From: Flavobacteriaceae bacterium
GTDB taxonomy: Bacteria > Bacteroidota > Bacteroidia > Flavobacteriales > Flavobacteriaceae
DNA: 64,000 bases
Direction of reading: 5' to 3'
Assembly: GCA_024742935.1 (NCBI GenBank)
Contig: JANSXN010000003.1
Span: forward strand, 4,757 to 68,756
In this document: positions 56,134 to 64,000 of the stretch, one piece after another
Layout: the number at the start of each line of letters is the position of its first letter
Numbering within the stretch: the stretch's first letter is position 1
Made by a program: the position numbers and the translations under genes
Notes under the pieces: model-generated
What the model was told of the DNA's origin: nothing
Database searches by the model: none
What the model saw: the letters and a program-made list of their open reading frames with translations, nothing else

Positions 56134-57384
56134 TCACCTCACCACCAGTTGCATAGTATCTCTGCTTTGTTGTTTTAAGAGTACTTCATATCCCTTTTCC
56201 AGTTTATCTACTTCTTTTTCTTTAAAGTGGCGAATCGTGTATAGTGCTACATTTTCGTTGTAGCGCACTTTAAAATTGGAACGCAATCGGGTTAAAAGTT
56301 CGTCCAGCTTATTGTATTTGTTGTCAACCACAACAGTAAAGCTAATGGCCGAATTTTGAATCAAATTGACTTTCATCTTGTATTTGTGAAGTAGTTTAAA
56401 GACCTCGCCAATGTTATCCTCTACCATAAATGAAAAATCCAGTGAAGAGAGTGAAATCAAAACCTGTTCTTTTTTAATGATATAGCAAGAAACTGCCGGG
56501 ATTAAATCCTTCCCTTTTGCAACTGAAGTGCCTGTTTGAGAAGGATTTAAAAAGGATTTAACAAACAAGGGTATTTCCTTTCTCTGCAGTGGCTGAAGTG
56601 TTTTTGGGTGAATCACTGACGCTCCATAAAAGGCCATTTCTATGGCTTCGCGGTAAGAAATTTGTTCTAACAGTATCGTCTTATTAAACGTGCGAGGATC
56701 GGCATTGAGAACACCGGGTACATCTTTCCAAATAGTAACACTTTCCGCTCCCAGGCAGTAAGCAAAAATTGCAGCGGTATAATCACTTCCTTCTCTGCCT
56801 AAAGTGGTGGTGAAATTATTATCATTGGAACCCAAAAACCCTTGAGTAAGAGTGAGGATTTTAGGATTCACTTTTTCTTTAATTTTGGATTGTGTCAATT
56901 CCCAGTCAACGCCCGCATCACGGTAATTATTGTCTGTTTTAATACACTCACGACTGTCAATCCAGGTATTTTTGATTTGCTGATTATTTAAAAAACTACT
57001 CACAATTTTAGTGGAAACCAATTCACCATAACAGACCACCTGATCATAGACGTATGCGTGATTTGTTGATTTATTGTGTGCTAAAAAATGCTTTAATTCC
57101 TCAAAAAGAAAATGAACTTCTTTATAAACGGCATGGCTTTTTTCCGGAAATAATTCCTGAAGTATATTGTAATGATAATCGATTACCTCAGCCAAAGCAG
57201 CATCCATTTGCAATGCTTTTTGCAAGTAAGCAGACACCACTTTCTCCAGGGCATTAGTCATTTTTCCCATTGCCGAAATAACTACCACCAGATTTTCAAA
57301 ACCGGTTGTATCCAAAACGGTTTTAAGGTTTTTTATACTTTGGGCATCTTTTACAGATGCCCCTCCAAATTTGAATACACGCAT
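56134..57384 (-). CDS. lysC: Aspartate kinase
   Basis: FKFGGASV, TTLGREGSDY, KDVPG and IHPKT; C-terminal ACT domains. Confidence 0.93.
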   Translation of the reverse strand: MRVFKFGGASVKDAQSIKNLKTVLDTTGFENLVVVISAMGKMTNALEKVVSAYLQKALQMDAALAEVIDYHYNILQELFPEKSHAVYKEVHFLFEELKHFLAHNKSTNHAYVYDQVVCYGELVSTKIVSSFLNNQQIKNTWIDSRECIKTDNNYRDAGVDWELTQSKIKEKVNPKILTLTQGFLGSNDNNFTTTLGREGSDYTAAIFAYCLGAESVTIWKDVPGVLNADPRTFNKTILLEQISYREAIEMAFYGASVIHPKTLQPLQRKEIPLFVKSFLNPSQTGTSVAKGKDLIPAVSCYIIKKEQVLISLSSLDFSFMVEDNIGEVFKLLHKYKMKVNLIQNSAISFTVVVDNKYNKLDELLTRLRSNFKVRYNENVALYTIRHFKEKEVDKLEKGYEVLLKQQSRDTMQLVVR

Positions 57385-57863
57385 TAATTAAAGTCTAAAA
57401 AATTAGTAATTCCTTGTTCATCCATATGTACTGTTCGCCAGTCTTTTAGAATCTTAGCTCCGCTGCGTTCATAAAATTTTATGGCTCCTTCATTCCAGTC
57501 AAGAACCACCCATTCTACGCGCTTTACGCCCTGAGATTTGGCATATTTAAGTACTTCCTGATAGAGGGCACTTCCAAGGCCTGAACCTCTCATTTTTTCT
57601 TTTACAATTAAATCTTCCAGATGAATGGTGCGGCCTTTCCAAGTTGAAAACCGAAAATAAACCAGCGCCATCCCAACAATTTCAGAATCAGTTTCGGCTA
57701 CAAAGCATTTAAACAAGGGGTGTTCACCAAAACCTTCCCTTTGAAGTTCTTCCACAGTGACGACAACGGCTTCGGGTTCTCGCTCAAAAGTGGCCAGTTC
57801 TTGAATGAGTTCTAACACCTGTGGCATATCGCCTTTATTACTTTCTCTTATTATAAAGTTCAT
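57384..57863 (-). CDS. GNAT N-acetyltransferase (SSAT-like)
   Basis: FSTWKG, LEDLIV, RGSGLG and AIKFYE. Confidence 0.9.
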   Translation of the reverse strand: MNFIIRESNKGDMPQVLELIQELATFEREPEAVVVTVEELQREGFGEHPLFKCFVAETDSEIVGMALVYFRFSTWKGRTIHLEDLIVKEKMRGSGLGSALYQEVLKYAKSQGVKRVEWVVLDWNEGAIKFYERSGAKILKDWRTVHMDEQGITNFLDFN

Positions 57864-58070
57864 ATCGCTTTGAATTTTTTTTATGATAAAAGTTTGATTC
57901 TTTACAAAAATATCGATATTTCCTCTGTATCAAACTATAAATTGAAGAATAAACATCATATTTATGTTCTCAAGCCCGGAAAATCAAAGTGCTTTTTACA
58001 TTTTGTTTATTTAGTTTTGATTGGGGAAAATTCATGTACTTTTGTATGGAAATCACATCTTTTTCAAAAA

Positions 58071-59078
58071 ATGGCTGACCACAACAAAACTTTAGGCGAA
58101 TTTATCATTGAAAACCAAAAGGATTTTGCTTATTCATCAGGTGAACTTTCCCGATTAATTAACTCTATAAGACTAGCGGCTAAGGTTGTAAACCACGAGG
58201 TGAACAAAGCAGGCTTGGTTGATATTTTGGGGGGCTTTGGTGATAAAAACATTCAAGGTGAAGAACAGCAAAAACTGGATGTATTTGCTAACGAAGCTTT
58301 TATTAAAACATTGACCAATCGCGAAATCGTTTGCGGAATTGCTTCTGAAGAAAACGATGGGTTTATAACCATTTCAGGACGTGAAAAGAATAATCAGAAC
58401 AAATATGTTGTACTTATTGACCCATTGGATGGGTCATCAAACATAGATGTGAATGTTTCTGTAGGAACCATTTTTTCGATTTACAGAAGGGTCACTCCTG
58501 CCGGTACACCTGTGACTTTGGAAGATTTTCTTCAACCGGGCATTAATCAAGTGGCGGCGGGTTATATTATCTATGGAACTTCTACTATGATAGTTTATAC
58601 AACCGGTCACGGAGTGAATGGTTTTACTTTAAATCCGGCGATTGGGACTTATTATTTATCGCATCCCAATATGTGTGTTCCGGAAGATGGAAACATTTAT
58701 TCTGTTAATGAAGGTAATTATATTCATTTCCCTCAAGGTGTAAAAGATTACATCAAATACTGCCAGATGGAAGAGGATGACAGACCTTATACATCCAGGT
58801 ATATTGGGTCGTTAGTTTCTGATATTCACAGAAATATTTTAAAAGGCGGTATTTATTTCTATCCAAAAAGCTCCAAAGCAACAAACGGAAAACTGAGATT
58901 GCTTTATGAATGCAATCCTATGGCATTCATTGTTGAACAGGCTGGAGGAAAAGCAAGTGATGGTTTTAACCGTATTATGGAGCTCCAGCCCACAGAATTA
59001 CACCAGCGTGTGCCATTTTTCTGCGGCAGTAAAAATATGGTTAATAAAGCTGAAGAGTTTATGGCAAAGGCCAAGTAA
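58071..59078 (+). CDS. fbp: Class 1 fructose-1,6-bisphosphatase
   Basis: [18 protein letters not shown] and LRLLYECNP; TACTTTTG promoter box at 58037-58044. Start moved to 58071. Confidence 0.96.
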   Translation: MADHNKTLGEFIIENQKDFAYSSGELSRLINSIRLAAKVVNHEVNKAGLVDILGGFGDKNIQGEEQQKLDVFANEAFIKTLTNREIVCGIASEENDGFITISGREKNNQNKYVVLIDPLDGSSNIDVNVSVGTIFSIYRRVTPAGTPVTLEDFLQPGINQVAAGYIIYGTSTMIVYTTGHGVNGFTLNPAIGTYYLSHPNMCVPEDGNIYSVNEGNYIHFPQGVKDYIKYCQMEEDDRPYTSRYIGSLVSDIHRNILKGGIYFYPKSSKATNGKLRLLYECNPMAFIVEQAGGKASDGFNRIMELQPTELHQRVPFFCGSKNMVNKAEEFMAKAK

Positions 59079-59106
59079 AAACCCGAAATAAAACTCGGGG
59101 GTTTTT
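59077..59106. terminator. Bidirectional terminator between fbp and the TerB-like gene
   Basis: AAAAACCCGA...TCGGGGGTTTTT imperfect stem between convergent genes. Confidence 0.6.
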
Positions 59107-59115
59107 CAATTTATT

Positions 59116-59541
59116 TTACTTCTTGTTTAACAAGTATTCATAATCATAAAAATCAAGCCCACCTGTGAAAATTTCAATTGACCGCTTGATAAGTCGTTCT
59201 GCTTCTTGATCTTTAAAACCTAATGCAATTGCATAACGGTTTAGAAATGCAGCCTCTTCAACATCTATTTCGCCATCAGAAAAAATCATTCTGAAAATGT
59301 CATGTAACTGTTTCAGTCTGATTTCTTGAGAATGTGTTGGGTAAATAGTATATTTCTTGGGGTTTTTAATAATTTCATTGTATTCTAACTCGTTGATGTC
59401 AAGTTTTCTTGCAAACCGTAATAATAAAAACTCTTCTTCTGTTGTGATGGGCCCATCAACCAAGGCAACATTAACAAGGGCTGAAAAGTGGCCCAACTTT
59501 CGCTTGTGGCTTCCGCCGCTAAATAAATCTTCTAATGACAT
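59116..59541 (-). CDS. TerB family (tellurite-resistance-like) protein
   Basis: ALVDGPITTEE and IFSDGEIDVEE, the duplicated DG..EE TerB motifs. Confidence 0.8.
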   Translation of the reverse strand: MSLEDLFSGGSHKRKLGHFSALVNVALVDGPITTEEEFLLLRFARKLDINELEYNEIIKNPKKYTIYPTHSQEIRLKQLHDIFRMIFSDGEIDVEEAAFLNRYAIALGFKDQEAERLIKRSIEIFTGGLDFYDYEYLLNKK

Positions 59542-59646
59542 GAGGTAAGTTATTTTGTACAAAGATAGAATTTCGAAAAGATTTTATGAAAATTATAATT
59601 GTCTTTTTTAAAAACATAGTTACCTTTAAGAATAAGATACTATGAT

Positions 59647-60429
59647 ATGAAAAAGACATTGCAAGTTTTAAATGGAATCGCTTTTGTTTCCATGATATTT
59701 ATCAATTATTTGTCAAACACTGGGCTTATCAATGGTAATACAAACGCATCTGTTTCCCGCGAGGTTGAAAATCTATTTACTCCGGCTGGTTATGCCTTTT
59801 CTATTTGGGGTATAATTTATTTATTCCTTTTTGGATTTGTTATTTATCAAGGGCTTGGTTTGTTTAGCAAGTCTAAAGACAATGATTTTGCTGATCAAGT
59901 GGGTTGGTGGTTTGTGATTTCTTGTTTGGCTAATTCATTGTGGCTCTTTGCCTGGTTGCATGAGTCTTTGGGACTCGCTTTGGTCATTATGCTTGTTTTA
60001 CTTTTTTCTCTAATAAAAATAGTGCGCAGAACAAATATGGCACTTTGGGGCGCACCACTTAAAACCAATCTTTTTCTATGGTGGCCGTTTTGTCTTTACA
60101 TCGGATGGATTTCTGTGGCTTTGATTGCCAATGTAGCTGCTTATCTAACCAAAATCAATTGGGATGGATTTGGGCTGAATGAGGTATTCTGGACCATCTC
60201 GATGATAATTGTCGCAGGTCTCTTGAACCTTTTTGTCACCTGGAAACGCAATATGCGTGAATTTGCCTATGTGGGTGCTTGGGCATTAATAGCAATTGCT
60301 GTAGCAAACCTAGAAAGGGAGCAAACAATTTCCGTTACAGCAACAGTGGTCGCTATAGTTTTGATTTTAAGCAGTGTATTTCACACGATCAAAAAATGGA
60401 AAGTGTTGTCTTCGCTTCAGAAAAAATAG
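59647..60429 (+). CDS. Tryptophan-rich multi-pass membrane protein (TspO-like)
   Basis: TPAGYAFSIWGIIY, NSLW and YIGWISVA. Confidence 0.75.
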   Translation: MKKTLQVLNGIAFVSMIFINYLSNTGLINGNTNASVSREVENLFTPAGYAFSIWGIIYLFLFGFVIYQGLGLFSKSKDNDFADQVGWWFVISCLANSLWLFAWLHESLGLALVIMLVLLFSLIKIVRRTNMALWGAPLKTNLFLWWPFCLYIGWISVALIANVAAYLTKINWDGFGLNEVFWTISMIIVAGLLNLFVTWKRNMREFAYVGAWALIAIAVANLEREQTISVTATVVAIVLILSSVFHTIKKWKVLSSLQKK

Positions 60430-60452
60430 TAGTGCATTCTGCAGTTAGATGT

Positions 60453-62051
60453 CTACTTTTTAATAAACTTTAATTGAGCCGTTTGACCGTTTGAATTAAG
60501 GTTTAAAAAATACATACCGGTATTAAGATTTGAAACATCAATAGAATTACTCTCAAGTGTATTTCTTAATACAGTTCTTCCCATCACATCATAAACAGCT
60601 ACTGCAGATCCTTTTAGGTTTTCGCTGTAGTTGATTGTTATTAAACTTGTAGCCGGGTTTGGAGACAATGAAATATTTGTGAGTGTATTTTCATCAACAC
60701 TAAGTGTTTGACCTTCTATGATTAGGTGAGCAGTGTTAATGTCAGGATTAGTGATTACATCAACAATGCCTGAAGGCCATTTAATGACAATTTCATCAAT
60801 TTCTGTGTCGCCTCCAATACCAAAGTGAGTGTTCAAAGTGCTCATGTATCTAAACCCTTCGCCACTTCTTACATCTCTTATTTGTGTGCCAAGGGCACTT
60901 GTAATTTCAACTCTTGCCCCAATACCATTCCTGTTGCTTTCTACGCCCTGTGTATTAATTACTATCCAGTTATTGTCATTGCCGTCATTATAATGAATAG
61001 TACCTGATCTAAAAGCATCAAGGAAACCATCATTATTTAAATCGGCAATTGATGCTGATGAAAAAGGTGCCGCGACTGGTGTAAAAGTCATATCGCCGTT
61101 ATTCAAAAAAATTGTGCTTGAATTTCCCATGATGTCTAAATAACCATCATTATTAAAATCATATGTGGCGTGCTCAGTACTCGTTCCAGAAAAAATATCA
61201 AAGCCAGAGCCGGCAGTAATATCTGTAAAAGTACCGTCGCCATTATTTTTCATAAGTGCGTGTCCTCCATCTGAAAAGGAACTTACGCCAACCATCAAAT
61301 CCATAAAGCCATCATTATCAAAATCACCTGCAGCAGCAGACCAGGTTTGATGAGGGTTGTCTAAGCCTGCTTCAACAGCAACATCAGTAAATGTTCCGTC
61401 ACCATTATTTTTAAACAGCTGGTTGGTTCTTCTGTCAATGCCTCCACCACACTTTGCCATGAACATATCTTGAAGTCCATCGTTATTATAATCAAACCAA
61501 ACTGATCCATAGTGCCCACCCGAAGGGAAGTCGCCAATACCTCCTTGATTGAACTCCAAATTTCCAGCTCCATCATTAATGTAGTAAACATTAGGAGCGA
61601 CGTCATGACAAACAAAAGCATCTAGATGTCCATCGTTATTTAAGTCTACAAAATTTGTTCGTTGTGAAAAAACAAATTGAGGGAAAGATACTTCTTCATA
61701 TTGCGTGCCGTCTTCATTTGCCATCATAAAAGTAACTCCAGACCCCCCACCATAAAGTAAATCGTTAAATCCGTTTCCCGTTAAATCGCCAGCAGCAAGA
61801 CTCCAGGAAGGCATGTTTTCTGCGGGAGTGGTTGTAAAGTTTTCTTCAGTAAAAGTGCCATCAGGATTTTGATAAAAAATCTGAATGTTTGTGCTGTTTA
61901 TTGAAACAATATCGTCAAGATAATCTCCGTTCATATCTACCGCACAAATGTTATACTGACCAGAGGAGATAAAACCTTCCGTTGTGAAACTGATTTGTGA
62001 GTAAGAGCTTGTATAGATTAGCAATGCTAAAAAAAATATACTATTTTTCAT
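60453..62051 (-). CDS. T9SS-secreted FG-GAP/VCBS beta-propeller + ASPIC/UnbV protein (paralogue 2)
   Basis: Repeated DxNxDG(xxD) blades, NRNGIGARV, IKWPSG and SPNPA...KFIKK CTD. Confidence 0.9.
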   Translation of the reverse strand: MKNSIFFLALLIYTSSYSQISFTTEGFISSGQYNICAVDMNGDYLDDIVSINSTNIQIFYQNPDGTFTEENFTTTPAENMPSWSLAAGDLTGNGFNDLLYGGGSGVTFMMANEDGTQYEEVSFPQFVFSQRTNFVDLNNDGHLDAFVCHDVAPNVYYINDGAGNLEFNQGGIGDFPSGGHYGSVWFDYNNDGLQDMFMAKCGGGIDRRTNQLFKNNGDGTFTDVAVEAGLDNPHQTWSAAAGDFDNDGFMDLMVGVSSFSDGGHALMKNNGDGTFTDITAGSGFDIFSGTSTEHATYDFNNDGYLDIMGNSSTIFLNNGDMTFTPVAAPFSSASIADLNNDGFLDAFRSGTIHYNDGNDNNWIVINTQGVESNRNGIGARVEITSALGTQIRDVRSGEGFRYMSTLNTHFGIGGDTEIDEIVIKWPSGIVDVITNPDINTAHLIIEGQTLSVDENTLTNISLSPNPATSLITINYSENLKGSAVAVYDVMGRTVLRNTLESNSIDVSNLNTGMYFLNLNSNGQTAQLKFIKK

Positions 62052-62070
62052 TTGATTTTGCTTTAGTATA

Positions 62071-63684
62071 CTACTTTTTAATAAACTTTAATCGAGCCGT
62101 TTGACCATTTGAATTTAGATTTAAAAAATACATCCCGGTATTAAGATTTGAAACATCAATAGAATTACTCTCAAGGGTATTTCTTAATACAGTTCTTCCC
62201 ATCACGTCATAGATAGCTACAGTAGATCCTTTTAGGTTTTCACTGTAGTTGATTGTTATTAAACTTGTAGCCGGGTTTGGAGACAGTGAAATGTTTGTGA
62301 GTGTATTTTCATCAACACTAAGTGTTTGACCTTCTATAACTAGGTGAGCAGTGTTAATGTCAGGATTAGTGATTACATCAACAATGCCTGAAGGCCATTT
62401 AATGATAATTTCATCTATTTCAGTATCGCTTCCAATACCAAAGTGTGTGTTCAAAGTGCTCATGTGTCTAAACCCTTCGCCACTTCTTACATCTCTTATT
62501 TGTGTGCCAAGGGCACTTGTAATTTCAACTCTAGCGCCAATACCATTTCTGTTACTTTCTACGCCCTGAGTATTTAATACAATCCAGTTATTGTCATTGC
62601 CGTCATTGTAATGAATATTACTTGCTCTAAAAGCATCAAGGAAGCCATCGTTGTTTAAATCGGCAATTGAAGCTCCTGAAAATGGCACTATAAAGGGCGT
62701 AAAAGTCATATCACCATTGTTGAGGTAAATAGTGTTTGAATTCCCCATTATGTCTAAATAACCATCGTTATTAAAGTCATAAGTGGCATGCTCTATACTT
62801 GTTCCACCAAAAATATCAAAGCCAGATCCTGCAGTAATATCTGTAAAGGTACCGTCTCCATTGTTTCTCATCAGTTTGTGACTTCCGTCTGAAAATGAAC
62901 TTGCGCCAACCAAAACATCCATGAAGCCGTCATTGTCAAAATCTCCCCAGGCAGAAGACCAGGTTTGTATAGGGTCTCTCAATCCAGACTCAACGCTCAC
63001 GTCTGTAAATGTGCCGTCTCCATTATTTCTGTGAAGTTCATTGTATTTTGCCGTGGCACCTTGACCTCCTCCACTACACTTTGCAATGAATAAATCCAGA
63101 TTACCGTCATTGTTGTAGTCTATCCAAATAGACCCATAATGGCCTCCAACAGGAACATCTCCTAGACCCCCTTGATTGTATTCTAAATTCCCCTCACCAT
63201 CATTAATATAGTAAACATTGGGAGCAATATCGTGACAGGCAAAAGCATCTAAATTACCATCATTGTCAATATCAACAAAGTTTGTGCGTTGTACAAAAAC
63301 AAATTCAGGATAAGATACTTCAGTAAAACCAGTTCCATTGTTATCTGCATACATAAAAGTAACACCACTGCTACTTCCGTACATCAAATCGTTGAAGCCG
63401 TTGCCGGTTATATCACCGGCTGCGAGACTCCAGGACGGCAAGTTGTTTGCCTGGGTAGTAGTAAAGTTTTGTTCTGTAAAAGTGCCATCAGGGTTTTGGT
63501 AAAACACCTGAATATTTGTACCACTTACTGAGACAATGTCGTCAAGATAGTCTCCGTTCATATCTACAGCACATATATTGTATTGCCCAGATGTGGGAAT
63601 TATTTCGGTTGTGAAACTAATTTGTGCATTAAAGCCTTGGATACTTAAGCCGAAGGCAAAGATTGCTAATGTAATTTTTTTCAT
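62071..63684 (-). CDS. T9SS-secreted FG-GAP/VCBS beta-propeller + ASPIC/UnbV protein (paralogue 1)
   Basis: Same architecture as the neighbouring gene; near-identical 3' third. Confidence 0.9.
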   Translation of the reverse strand: MKKITLAIFAFGLSIQGFNAQISFTTEIIPTSGQYNICAVDMNGDYLDDIVSVSGTNIQVFYQNPDGTFTEQNFTTTQANNLPSWSLAAGDITGNGFNDLMYGSSSGVTFMYADNNGTGFTEVSYPEFVFVQRTNFVDIDNDGNLDAFACHDIAPNVYYINDGEGNLEYNQGGLGDVPVGGHYGSIWIDYNNDGNLDLFIAKCSGGGQGATAKYNELHRNNGDGTFTDVSVESGLRDPIQTWSSAWGDFDNDGFMDVLVGASSFSDGSHKLMRNNGDGTFTDITAGSGFDIFGGTSIEHATYDFNNDGYLDIMGNSNTIYLNNGDMTFTPFIVPFSGASIADLNNDGFLDAFRASNIHYNDGNDNNWIVLNTQGVESNRNGIGARVEITSALGTQIRDVRSGEGFRHMSTLNTHFGIGSDTEIDEIIIKWPSGIVDVITNPDINTAHLVIEGQTLSVDENTLTNISLSPNPATSLITINYSENLKGSTVAIYDVMGRTVLRNTLESNSIDVSNLNTGMYFLNLNSNGQTARLKFIKK

Positions 63685-63710
63685 TTTTATAAGGTTTTAA
63701 TATTTGGTAA

Positions 63711-64000
63711 TTATTCGCAGTTGCCCTCTAGTGAATTTATCCATTCAACCAGTAATGAAACTGCTTCTTCGTGAATTAAGTTTCTGCCAATAAGTGGCAT
63801 TTTTATAGCGTCTTCAGTAGTATTCATTCTGAAGTAAATAACTGAGTTTTCAATATCTCCGGGAGCAATCAAATGTGTGGGATCTTCTTCAATCCAAATA
63901 CTGATATCTCCTTCTGGTTCTACACAAATTCCCAAATTTTCTGGGTTTGAAGACTCGTTATATGCAAGTCTTATGGGCCTGTAATCACAATGCCCCCCCG
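63711..64000 (-). CDS. C-terminal part of a gene entering from the right edge; resembles SO2930/HNE_0200-type c-cytochrome-like proteins
   Basis: The frame stays open to the window edge (GGHCDYRPIRLAY...APGD...S...RM...KMPLIGR..IHEE...EWI). No haem motif lies inside the window. Confidence 0.5.
   Translation of the reverse strand, partial: GGHCDYRPIRLAYNESSNPENLGICVEPEGDISIWIEEDPTHLIAPGDIENSVIYFRMNTTEDAIKMPLIGRNLIHEEAVSLLVEWINSLEGNCE

Noticed and set aside
57870-58070. Long N-terminal extensions in the ORF track (fbp, DUF4382, batD, TPR, serS, OlsF-like, POP, DoxX, TerB)
   Set aside because: They span promoter boxes or AT-rich spacer; the downstream ATGs give family-typical N-termini or signal peptides.

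Overview
A 64-kb, AT-rich chromosomal segment of a Flavobacteriaceae (Bacteroidota) genome. The evidence is TAnnTTTG -7 promoter boxes, A-rich leaders without Shine-Dalgarno sequences, T9SS C-terminal sorting domains and a MoxR-Bat cluster. Most of it is core genome: moxR-DUF58-batABCDE, two beta-carbonic anhydrases, pheS, gpsA, yicC-gmk-nadD, queD, lpxH, recJ, rsmI, tdk, alr, mscL, asd, prs-rplY-pth-ribF, serS, rsmA-mgtE, lysC, fbp, tRNA-Ala(GGC) and tRNA-Leu(CAA). I see no integrase, transposase, prophage, CRISPR array or frameshifted pseudogene. The best leads are: (1) a small membrane-anchored ORF ending in HIPPPE, followed by a long hairpin, heading a DUF2490 barrel plus lipoprotein carbonic anhydrase unit (candidate arrest-peptide attenuator); (2) six intergenic arrays of degenerate 7-nt repeats at gene junctions, plus four unrelated REP-like hairpins; (3) a Schlafen/AlbA_2-domain gene 1 bp from an atypical metallophosphoesterase gene; (4) a possible pseudoknot in the rplY leader; (5) a vitamin-K-dependent carboxylase homologue coupled to ribF; (6) a 2-hydroxyacid dehydrogenase-VOC fusion; (7) tandem T9SS beta-propeller paralogues whose 3' thirds are much more similar than their 5' parts. 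All family assignments come from motif recognition by eye; no database was searched.
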